From Catajapyx aquilonaris (Eukaryota), in NCBI GenBank assembly GCA_000934665.2, contig KZ537975.1:124001-186788 (forward strand): DNA of 62,788 nt. Reading direction: 5' to 3'. This document shows, in pieces, positions 12,201-24,253 of this stretch. The notes beneath the pieces are model-generated. The model did no database searches. It saw only the letters and a list, made by a program, of their open reading frames with translations, and had not been told where the DNA came from. Within the stretch, counting starts at the first letter, position 1; every line of letters begins with the position of its first letter. The translations under genes and the position numbers were made by a program.

Positions 12201-13349
12201 GTCGAGTTCAAACCAGTTGACATTTGCAAATGTTCATGTAGATTGGTATCAGACGCTTGTCATTAGACAACTGGCATCTACATAGCAGGTGCTATCAATC
12301 TTACTTGCTGGCAGGACAGCTTGCGCTAAACAGACGTTTTTCGCACGGCTGCCGTTGCAAAAAGCTACGGAATACAGTAAGTACAGACATGGTATTATGC
12401 GGCTTATAACTGTGCGACCTCGGTCATTTCAACTGCGAAACACGCCCTAAACATGCCAGCTTCCAACGCACACAAAATTATTTTAACATTTTAATAATTG
12501 CAAACCGCGGATAACCAACTGTTCACATTGATAACTGAAAATTTCTGGCTTCATTCGGATCAAAATATTGCGCTCCTTGGATCTATTTGACCCTTTTCTA
12601 CATAGCCTATGGTTAAGCAAAGCTTCCAGACTGATGACCTTTTCCTCTTCTCACCCCGCGGTTCCTGAAATTAGGCTTAAAAGCCTTGCATGTAGTCAGT
12701 CTAATTTATCAATTTACGGCCTTTCCGCTGTCGGCTGTTGCTTGGATTGGACTAATGGTGGGGGTAGGTCTCCCTTGGACACAATTTCCCTGATGGAAAA
12801 GTCTGTTTTCCACCTCCCCATACCCCCTTACCCCCCGCCATGGCGCCTATTGCCCAGCCAGACTTTTACGGCTGAACAGCATAAAATAATACTAGGTGGT
12901 CAAAATGGCTATGAATTTAAGGCGAAATATGTTGTCTATTAGCGCAAATTAATTTTCTTAGAAACGGATGGAGTAAAATTTTTGGGGGAAAAAAACTGCG
13001 GCCTTTTTTTGGCCTGGTTGGCACGACTTGTGGGCAGAGTGAGGACTTCTTCAGTTTCGCTTCATTCTCATGCCGATTTTCATGCTTCATTGTAAAAGCA
13101 AGCAGAAGATGCCTGACTCACGATCTGCCGTACATCTTTCTAATTTTTTGACAACCGCCATTATGCACCTTCACGACTTCAAGGCAACTCGGCTTCTCCC
13201 AGCTATACACATTCAGATTCATTCAGCCAGTCAAATATTTAAAATTAAGGCACATATGGGCTCATTTAAAAATATTTGCAATTTACAATGGGCACATTCT
13301 GCACATAATATTTGTGTCAAAGGAAATATCTGCCAACATTCTCGTCCTA

Positions 13350-13515
13350 TCATAAAATTAATGAGTAAATAAAAGAAACAAAAATATACAGTACCGTATT
13401 CTAAATTGAATTAAATTAATAACTAAAGAGTGAAACAATGGAATACAAAACTTGAAATCAAAATAATGAAAATAGCGATAAAATGACAACATAATAAATT
13501 AAAAATTAATTGATT
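13350..13515. other. AT-rich, strongly A-skewed low-complexity island
   Basis: Visibly A-dominated sequence (e.g. aaataaaagaaacaaaaatataca ... ataataaattaaaaattaat) compared with the flanks. Confidence 0.75.
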
Positions 13516-16163
13516 GGCGAATACTTTCGGATTCAGGCCTGTAAGTCACTATACTGAAATTTCCCAATTACGGAGGGTATGAAACTATCTTTGCAATATC
13601 TCCTCATATAACTGTAAGCTCACTTAGCTGGCTCATTGGGCACTTTGATGTCTCGATAATTATTTCAGAGGTCGCATTAAAATTGATTTACGCGCGCAGA
13701 TGTGGTCATTTGGACCAAAACACTTCTCTTTATGAGCCACTTGGCAATGTTGTCCTTCATTGCCTTTCAGATGAGAATTCCAAGAACATGCGTAAGGGTC
13801 CCCCTCACCCTTGAATATTTATGGAAATGGCCACGCAATAATGCACCGACCTTTGACCCCCACCCTGGCATTTATTCACACAATTTGCGCGAATTTCCGC
13901 ACTTTATCTGTCGCCTCCCCGCAGAGCCGCCAGCCTTCTCAATTCAAATATTTGCATATGTTTCAAGGCGACATTCCGATCGTACCGCCAGTTTGTAAAT
14001 GTCACCAGCAACTTAGCCCCTCGTTGAGTTGTAGCCAAAAATTACCATCCAAGTCATTCCCATCTATGGACATTTCCAGTGATGCAAACCCTAGTTTTAT
14101 GGTTTTATACCTTGGTTTGTAGAGCGCCCCTTTTTTTTGCACATTTACAGCAGGTAACCTCCTTGATAAAAAAAAGAGCCTGCTTTTGTCATATAGCACA
14201 TGGTATGGAGCACGCCTGGGGAGATGGTAGATATGGCTAGAAAACTCGAAAAACCGCACCGCCTGTCCTTCGCCGCAGCAGGTGAGAAACAGCCCGGGGG
14301 ACTGGAACATGCAAATCACAAGTATTGAAAGTGGTATTTTACAACTGACAACAGACTTTTAAAATTGTGGACGGGCAATACGCCACGGGGCTTTGATTGA
14401 AAAGGTTGGCAAGGTGAAGCCCGTGGTAATTGCCCATGAAAGGAAGAAACGTGGGGGGCTTTATATAGCCTACCCAGATTTTCCTGTTTGTTCTATTTCT
14501 GCCAACCATGCCATTCGATAGTGGCGAAACTCTGCGATAACAAAACTACAACTCGACAAGTGAGAGCATAAAAAATTGCAAAAGTCAGCTCGAGAAATTT
14601 TTGGTCAAATAGTTGTCGGGCATAGTGTTAGGCCTAATTCAGAAAAAAAAATCGCTCAAACTCCGCTTCATACGAAAAATCAAAAGTCAAAAAATTTGTC
14701 AAACAATAAGTCGACTGAAATGCCTGCATTTAAAAAATACGCTGAAAAATTGTACATTTTAAACAAATCGCGCAATTGAGCCGAATCACTAGCTTTAAAA
14801 ATATTTAGAATGCAGAACCTTGCTTTTGAAGCCCAGTTTTGCATACAAATAGGCGCAGAGTGACGCAACAGATCAGCATCAACTCGCAAAAATTCGCATC
14901 ATGTCTGCTTCTCCCCACCAAAACCAGTCCAAATCAACGACCCCATTTCCAGACAAGCTTTCCACACTATTCACCTAAATTAAGTTTCGATGCATCAGGT
15001 TGAGTCCGTACAATGCAACAATGGGTGCCAAATATGTCCACCTTCCATCGGAATGTGCCCTTGCTTGTCTGGAGGCCACGAGGCATCATACACCATTGTC
15101 TGGAGAGAGGCTTATATTTAAAAAGCCCTCATCTAAATGGGGGTACCCGTCTGGATAAGCTGTGTATAAAAAAAACATGGAGGGGATATCAGAAAGGGAA
15201 AACTGGTTCAAATGGCCCGGCAGAGTTTCTGCTTCTCGGGTCGCTCCTAAGTCATCAATCGGTGAGAAAGTGCAGCCCCGAGGCAGGGAAGAGTCTTTTG
15301 GAACAACCAACCACCTGTACTGCTTCTCATTTTCTTCCTTCTTTTTGCAATGGAGAGGAAGCAGCACCCACCGCCTGCTGGGTTGTCCATCCGGGTGAAA
15401 GTGGTGCAATGAAGATGCCCAGGTGTGGCCAAGACCAACGCCCGCCTCGCAAGCATAATAATCAGTTCAGCGGGGCATTGGAAACACTACCAGGCTGCAC
15501 AAAAAAAACACACTATGAATATACAGAAAGGGAAATGACCACACCTAAGCGCAGCAGCATCTCCTGGTCCTTCGCTCACGAGCGAATAAATTAGTGTATA
15601 ACTGAATCACCTTCACGGTCGCGTGGAGACCTGTTTGCAACAGGGCCATTGTATCGGCTGGATTTGGTCAACAACCGACAGGTCAGGACTCTGTCGACAA
15701 AATATTAGGGACAGGAAATATTTACTTCCATGCTCAATAGAGGGCAGTAGTGTAGCGCCAGTAGCGACACAGTGGCCACAAATTGAACTTGGGAATTTTC
15801 ATGAATCATCAAAGGTCAGTTCCTGCCCCATTTTTCCCCCCATGGCGCCACCTGCATGACAAATGTTTCCAGAATTCCATCCCACACCGCACTTCCCTGC
15901 TCACGTGCACATTAACAATTAATACGTAATTAAGTGGTCATGAAAACGACTTCTGTTGGGCCCAGTTGACCAGGTTGCGAAACTTTTAATGATCCCCCAG
16001 TCGTCATCCAGCATATTTCGCCATAGGCAACGCCCTTCAGCTCCGGAGAAAAAGATGCTCTACTTCATGGCGCACATATAGGAAGCACCACCTTTTGATT
16101 AATGAGCCCGATTAGCGCGTGTTCAACCATCACCTTTTTTATCATTCACGACATTAAGAAATT

Positions 16164-16187
16164 CCCCCCCCCCCCCCCCCCNNNNNN
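16164..16187. repeat. Poly-C tract (at least C18) running into a 6-N assembly gap
   Basis: C at 16164-16181, N at 16182-16187. Confidence 0.97.
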
Positions 16188-19100
16188 ATAAGTTGGGCGC
16201 GGTTTTTATATCTCTTCGCACCGTCGCTTTCGTGTGATATTTGGCTCCCAGAAACAAAAGCCAGAAATTGAGTTATACAGTGGCACAAGTTGTGAGTCGG
16301 AAGTATTCAAACACGCTTGGGTGAAGACACTATCCATATTATGAAAAGAAAAAAAAAATCCGGATTGCGTTGCCGGGTCAATGCTCAGCAAAGAAACTAG
16401 TTTTACCTAGCATTTGGGATGACAAGTAGGCCCACCTGGCACTTCCAACGTATTTAAAAATAAATAAATAATTAAATATTTCAGACGACATTATACATTT
16501 CCAGCCAGTCTTTGATGTGTTTATTCGCACATTTCTGCTGTTAGAAGTGTACATTGTATCTATGCTAATCGTTACAACCACGTCCCGTGTTGTTGCCACT
16601 TATCTTTGCTAATTGATTGTTATCTCCCGGGCGCGTTATCCAAATTCGTTACGGGAGGATGCTTCGCATGTACACTTCGACAACTCCATCTGCAGATAAA
16701 ATACTGGGATCAGCTTGGGGAGTATGTGGGGAATAAATTATCGGTGACTCCTCTACCTGCCGGATGTAACGCAATGTCATCCATCGGACCACCTGTGCAT
16801 CTCGGGTGATTTAGATGCCGTTGGGGAGGTCCGGCCGGTTCTGAAATCGCAATTTTCGTCACTCTGCCCAATCGTGCAAAGTCACCCTGGAGACTGGTTT
16901 AATTATTTTGTTAATGCGCGTTTGCATACACGAGGAAGAGCAAAAACGCTCAAAATCATTTAGAGAGCACACTGCCAATAATTTACACATGTTGATTCCA
17001 TTGGTGTTTCTCTGATTGCTCCGGTCGTATTGGCACGATCACAAAGATGTATTATCTCGATCGGCATAAATAGAACAAAATGAATTGCACCAGTCAAGAT
17101 TTGCTGGATCCAATTTGGCGTCCTGGCACTTTCCTTGTTTACGAGTCCAACTTTTGCGGACATGAGGTGATCCTCATTCTAGATCCACACAAATTGAGTT
17201 CATGCCCGAAGCATTATTGCAAACGACACTGTTATTTGATTTACTGCGTCAACCTCCGCGGATTTTCGCACAAGTTCTTACCTGTGTCCTGTGCCACACA
17301 GATAGCCAGCAATATAAATCAATTTCGTTACGGACACCAAGAAGCATTTTCCTCCCTTCACTTCCACTACACCAGTTTTCCAACACGAGCCACGTTTATG
17401 TCCATTTTTTTTAAAACCCAGCACTATCTCTCTCCGGAAAAAGCAGTGCATAATTCCGTATAATAAATCTCCGGCTAATGTCCCTTCGGCCAGTTTTCAT
17501 TGAAAGATTCCAACCTGCTGGAAAATCCCTATATATTTTTTGTGGGTTCTCTACTTCTCATCTTCAGAAACCTCTCTCCGTGAAATCGTGATCCAGTTCA
17601 AGTTCGAGTCGCTTCATGAACCACTTCTGGACATACCAGATGGACAGTGCGTGCATTGCGGAGCATCCGTGTTGACGATGACGAGCCGGGATTATTAGGC
17701 GTTTCTAGCTAAAAATTTTGCGCTTATTACTCCGGAGATGGCAGGATCGTGATTGGTATTCAAAATTGGGAGTTAATTTACGGGTGACGGGTAAATTCTA
17801 CCTTTCACGGCAGCTACTGTTGGTAAACAAATACCTTCGGTATATGAAAAAATTTCCTGGACATTATAAAAATATGGTAATGAAACTGTCATGCTGCGAT
17901 TTTACGTAACGCCCAAAAACGTAAACTATGCAGGTTGTTTCCAGGCCGGTTATGAAACTACGAATTTAAAAAAAACGCCCTCCCATAAATTGCGCCGAAT
18001 ATTGGAATTAACCACAATCATTTCTGCGACAGGTAAATGATGCAAATGCATTAAGTAATATTAACTAACCTGATTACACGCTGGAAAATCAAAGTTGTGC
18101 AGCAGCAAATTGCACGTCTCGCCAGCATTTTGATGCAATTACGTAGCAGAAGAAAAGGTGTATCAAGCCCAGCATCTACTCTGCAATCTGTAACAAGAGC
18201 GCATGAAATTTCATTTGCAGTGTAATCTTCTGTCCAAAAGGTTCTCGGTGATGTTCCTTACTGCAATTAAATTGAATCGTGACTCGGACTGGTTAGAAAG
18301 CTATTATGTATGCACCAGAAAGCAGAAAAGTGTAACAAAAAGTAGAATTCGTATAATGTACGTATGAGTAGTGTATAGGTAAGTAAAGGTATATTGAGAT
18401 TGCCCGAATAAACAACGCGTTCCATCGGCGTTATTTGAGGTTTCATAATTTCTCGCAAGTCACGTGCGGATATACGTTACGTCTCAAGGTTGGAAGTTCG
18501 GAGCCCGTGACTTTTATAGTGTAACGGCTCAAAAGACAAAAGGGTGCACTAATAGTGCCGCTAATTGCCTCCTTATTAGCATCATTTTTTGATAAAGACT
18601 GACCTAGTCACACGACTCTGCGCTTTTCCAGCTAGGCCTTCCCTTTTTAGCCCTCCGATACCTTTCATAAATAATCTTGCACAAAAGATTTTAATTACAT
18701 CTGGCCTTCGTTCATGACCTGCAATGTTGGGGAGCAAAGCGAAGGGGGTTTCGCATAAAAAAAATTATGGGCGATTAACGCCTTCCATTAATTACACTGC
18801 ATAATGCAAGTGCTTTGTTTTTATTCGGTAAAGCTCAACTAAATTCCTTATCGAAGGTGCAAACCTTGATTAAGAAAAAAACATTTTTATTATTTATCAC
18901 ACTTTTTATTGGACGCAGTTTGTATCCCTGAGTTAAATAATAACACTAATCATCGCACTGATTGGACAAAAATGACGTCTGATCAGGCAGAAAACAAAGG
19001 GACAATCAAGAAGGTAAAGTCACGATCCAGACCCAATCCCAGTATTTGCACAGCAGCCAAAATTACACCAATTCATTCCGTATTATTGTCTCAATGACTT

Positions 19101-19275
19101 CATCCAAGCAAATTCGCTCCAATTTTTAACCTGTACTTTTTTGCCTTGTTAACTCCAAGGTTGAGTTGCCTGCACTACATAGTATCAAGCGGCTATTTTC
19201 TTATCAGAGAGTAAAACCAGGCTGAAATTCAAATCAAGGTCTTGCAGGTGCTATAACCAGTGTTTAATACAAAAG

Positions 19276-19288
19276 CTCTCTCTCTCTC
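19276..19288. repeat. (CT)6 microsatellite
   Basis: ctctctctctctc read directly. Confidence 0.85.
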
Positions 19289-22195
19289 CATCACATCGAC
19301 ACATTAAGGGTTCGATATCATCTCCTTCCTAAGGCCATCATGCCTTGTATACAGCACAATAATGGAGGGCTGAGAAATCTTAATTGTGGCACCGGCTAGA
19401 ATGAAGAAGCCACGGGGGTGTCAGCAGTAAAAACGTCGATTGACACTTACTCCAGGCGCACTGTAAATGTCACGGGTGCTGTAAACGAGATTAGTAACAC
19501 GGCGACTTTAACGTCTCTGCGTCGTGCTGAAATTTGTTCCGATTGCCATCTCTCCCAGGTCATTAAAATGCATTTTTCGACCCACGTGACCTTGGAAATG
19601 TACTGTACGTACACATGGCACTAACTGTCAATGGTTAAAACTTCCCTTACAAGACATAAATGAGACAGGCAAGGTCGGTTGAACGAGACAACAATGCAAT
19701 ATACTGCAAGCCTCTCTTTGTCTCCTTCCAAGTAATTTACCATGTCAATCGGTATACGGTACTTGGGTCCGATACAGTGTGTACAAGAAATTCCTTCCAG
19801 TGCAATTTGGCAGGAATTCTTTATCTTTCGATGTAATCATCCCCTTCGGTGAATTACTGACTAAAAATGTAACCCTTTGGGCCTTACATTTGTGATAATG
19901 CCCTACTATGTTGGTATGCACCGCCTAAAACAACGCTCGAGTAAAGCACGCAACCTTCAATGTCACTTGGCCTGTTATCACCATTTTTCTGAAATTCCTC
20001 GATACATACTGGCAAATGGCCATGACAACATGCAAAAAACACATGCCCGTTATTCTTTGGCTCCAGTACCCCGATCTGGGGGCCCCAAAGTTGGATGAAG
20101 GTGCGAAAGGCCTAGGCACGTAACTAATATCAGTAAAAAAAAACTTAATATGAATAAGAAAAAAAAGACGGTCCGGACGTCCTTGATGAGACTGGAAGAA
20201 CTTTATAGTTTGCTTGGAGGTGGCGCACGGAAGGGGATTTTTATATACTCTGCTTGTTTCCTGCCGACCTTGCTCTCGCTCCTTATTTATACCTGCGTTT
20301 CGGCCATTTTTACCGCTTCTTTAGCAACAATGGGGCAGAGAGTGATGGACTGCTGCTAGGCCTCCATAGTTTTACGGGCCATCGGTCCCATTGTCTCCTG
20401 GTCCGAAAAGTGCTTTACCATGCGATTTGCGCTGCTTGGTCATTCGAGCATTCAAGTTCCTGTTTTTCCTGAGAGCAAAGGCAGTTTATCAGGTGGTGCA
20501 GCAAAGCCTACATAATGAGACAAAAGCCTCTTTGGATTGCATTAATGGGGGAAGTTTGAACCAAATGTGTTCTCTTCCGCATTTGGACGTAATAAATTGG
20601 GGCAGTCGGTGATAAGTGGAGATGCAGACAATGACTCTCATTAAAAAATGGAAAAGAGTGGAACATAAAAGAGAACAATAATATTCAATACAGGACATGA
20701 TGTAATGACACATCATTTATGTTAGGTGTTTCATACTTGCACCATGCATGCATAATCTACTCGTAAATGTGGGACCATATAACAGTATAAGTTTTTCGGT
20801 GCATTTATTAGCATTACATGCAAAAAAGTGGCTTGTACTGTATTATTGTAGCCATGGAATAATTGAGCAACGGAATCGGCATACAAAAATTATCTCATAA
20901 AATCAGTCAAAAATATGCCGTCAGTATACTCTACAAACATCTAGGGTAATCCTAAAATGCCCATATTAAAAATTAAAACAATGTTGTACTCTCTCCAGAA
21001 ACTACTTTTTAATTTTATTTTTATGTACCTAATGGTATAGCAAACCCCCACACCAACCTGAATGCATATTTCTGAAAGCATTTCATGGCCCTCATAATCC
21101 CCTTATAAGTCACTTTATTCGCGAGTGGCTCAGATGCCACACCAAAACACTGAACTTCCATTGCGTATAAAAATAACCGCATTTATCAACCGCAGCCTTG
21201 AAATACTATACACAAAGTGCAATAGGCAATAAAGCTCTTATCTGCACTGAGCAAATGCAAAGGCTCCTCTGCATTCCCCGCGTACCCAACATGCCCTGTT
21301 ACAGTGCTGTACTTCCTCTATTGTGAAATTCCTCCCGCTCTCCAAATAGTCGAGACACCAATGTAGAATTATGTAAAGGCGTCGCCCGCGGCCTTCCTCG
21401 ACCACCACCAATCAAGCCCGGCAAAAGCAACACCCGAGTGGTACAACATGAGGGGTGGTAGCAGTGTGTGCATAAGTGTATGGGTCTGGAACTGCTGAGA
21501 TCTTCGGTTCCGCTCTGTTGGGTCCTTCGTGATGGAATTCCCTCCATCCTTGGCCTTTGATGGCCTCGCCAGCAGATCGCTCCGATTTCGCCACCAACAC
21601 AAGGGCAACTAGTAGAAACTTATTGCCTGCTCTATTCTATTAGATGGATGCCTCCCGTCGCAAGGACATTGATGGATTGATCACCGTTGTTCGCCGGATC
21701 AAGACTCGATGGGAATTCCGCCGCATGCAACCAGCAGTGGGTTTAACCCATTGTCACCCCCACGCGGATATTGTTTGCTCGGGAGAGACTTATTGCTAAA
21801 TCATGCCCAGGACATGATGCATGCGATTTGGAGACTCCCGTTGCGTAATTTGCGGGCTATGATATTGAGAGAGAAAATCCCAAGTTCCAGTAAGACAGAC
21901 ATTGTCATGTCAGAACTCGGTGGAGCAATCAGGCAACATAAAATTTAATTAAAAGTTTTTGGATGTGCTTTCGTGACCAAACCGCTGATGTAAACTGAGA
22001 TCTCCCCGCACGCATATGCAAAATAACGTTTTTTTTTCATTCTAGCGCTTTCCATCAACAGCAAAACACTATTCTCTCAAGTTAAAACCTTGTCATAAGC
22101 CGCCTGATAATGCCTTCATTCGCACATTTTATTGCATGGAGGCGAAAGTGACGACAATACGCGCTCTCCAAAGTGGTCCGTTATTAATAGGTCGA

Positions 22196-22207
22196 TGTGT
22201 GTGTGTG
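22196..22207. repeat. (TG)6 microsatellite
   Basis: tgtgtgtgtgtg read directly. Confidence 0.8.
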
Positions 22208-23677
22208 CAACATAATGCAACACATATATGAGACAGCCATAATTGCAGATTATGTCTGTGTTTCTTCCAGTTCACCGACCCAACTTGGAGATGGGAAAGT
22301 GGAAGCCCCAATTCTGCCAATCTTTTACCAATGCTGCTCTAATCGTCCGTCCAATTACGATTTGCACTATCCTTTTCCGCCATTCGCCACAGGCATGATC
22401 AATCCTATTTCTCGCACAAAATTGGCAATAAAATGCGACTATGAGGGAAAGCATCCATTAAAACCATAAAACAAAATCGGCTGATTGTTGCGGCCAGCAT
22501 AGGGTCAAAGCGTGGTTTCAAGTAAAAACTTTTCCTTCCGAAAACAATCGATTTTAGAACCAGAAAATCCTCCACTCGTATCTAGAACCTACTTCTTTTT
22601 ATTGTCCGATTTTTCTGTGGAGAAAACTTCTCGCTTCCAAGATCCATCTCCAAAGTGCCGGAAGCCATCATCAGGGCGATCCCTTTTAATACAAGAATAA
22701 TGAATTGTGCGTCTCCAGTCAGCCGTGACCCGAGTACGAAACATGCATCGCCAATTGTCCGAGCTTAGAATTTTAAAATAATATAGCATGAAATTTCGGT
22801 TGCAACACTAAGACTTTCTCCCAATAAATGCATTAGGCTTATCGCTTAGGACAGTAGACAACAAGTGGTCACGAATCTGTCTCATTTTCTTTCCGTTTTA
22901 AAACTCTTCCTCTGGACAGTCAAGATGGTACTGGTCACTTTTCCTACTTTCCCAACCAGTTTTCCTCAACTTGTGCCGGACAAAGGCACTAATAACCCCC
23001 TCGCTTATATTTCATCCAGGGAAAAGTTTCGTAGAACCATGTTGTTAAAAATCGCTTTTTCTCCAAAACTAAGACCCAATAATTACACGAATCTGCCCAA
23101 ATATTTTTTTACGTCCGTTGCAAAAAGAGCCATCTCATTTTTTCCCCTTGAATACTGGTTTCCCGATTACGAGGCAAGCGACCACAAACCGAGGCGTTAA
23201 ATCGCGGATCCAGCCCCAATTTATCACTTGTTCAGTCAGCTAATGGCGTTTTCCCCTCATCGCCTCCGATTTGCCACTTGGCCCACTTCTCCCCCCTCCT
23301 CAACATCCTCCTTTTTTTCTTTTAAAGAAAACTACTACCAAAAAGCCCACTTGGCGAACCAGTTCCTCCAGAGGTTGGATGGTTTGGAAGGAAGAAAACC
23401 AGACCGTTTGACGATGCTTTCCATTCTTCTTTCATTGTGCGAAAAAGCATGTTCGGTTCGATCTTCAGCTCAATGCATAGAAGCATAACTCGGATAATGA
23501 ATCGCAGCTTTCACTTGCTTCCGAGGGACGATATATATATTTTTTATGTGACAGGACTTTTCCGCATATTTTGTGAAATCGCATTGTCCCACGCATTTTT
23601 TGGAGCGTGGGCTATGCAAGGCTATAAAAATATGTCCATACCTGGCTGATGAAATATCATGTTTATGGGTTGTGCTA

Positions 23678-23765
23678 GTAATAAATTAAAATAAGCAAAT
23701 AAAACAAAATAAATATATTGCTTCCTTCATCGGTTTATTAATTAATTAATTATTAATATTTGTTT
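23678..23765. repeat. AT-rich island with an (ATTA)4 tandem repeat at 23737-23752
   Basis: attaattaattaatta inside a mostly A/T stretch. Confidence 0.8.
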
Positions 23766-24240
23766 ACTATACCATACTATAGAGGAAAATCCTAAATTTT
23801 GGGTATTTAGACTCCAGAAATTGCAGTTTCTGACTTTTTCCTCAATCAGTGGCGCGTAATCCATCAGTGTTCATCACTCTCAGTAGTCTGCACATACAGA
23901 GAAACTTTCTGCTTCATTATGTAATGCACATCTGACAGTGCGCTATTATTTACAGTTACTCTCTGAATAATAATTTGTTTTTGATGCGTTATAGGCCAAA
24001 TGGCGGACCTGTTAAAAGCCGAACAGAGCTAGAAAAAAATGTGTATAGAAAGAGTGAAAATATCACGTGCGCGCAATAATTTCCATAGGACGTGACCTCT
24101 CACGGGGCTAAAATAGTATTCGAACGTGACACTTGCCATGTCATACTTCTCCCAGAAAGCGGTCGACGACTTTTAGGTCTCGTTAGATACGCGTTCCTTG
24201 ATTCAGTCTTCAACAAATCAGGAAGTCCGGAAACTCTTTG

Positions 24241-24253
24241 CCCCCCCCCCCCC
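24241..24253. repeat. Poly-C tract (C13)
   Basis: Read directly. Confidence 0.97.

Noticed and set aside
15013..15594. 193-aa ORF (also 29267-29797 and 29878-30372)
   Set aside because: No motifs recognised, random-looking composition, and overlapped by ORFs in other frames. Treated as chance ORFs.
22501..22521. RVKAWFQ resembling homeodomain helix 3
   Set aside because: Upstream residues do not fit helices 1-2, no NRR follows, and the splice signals are poor.
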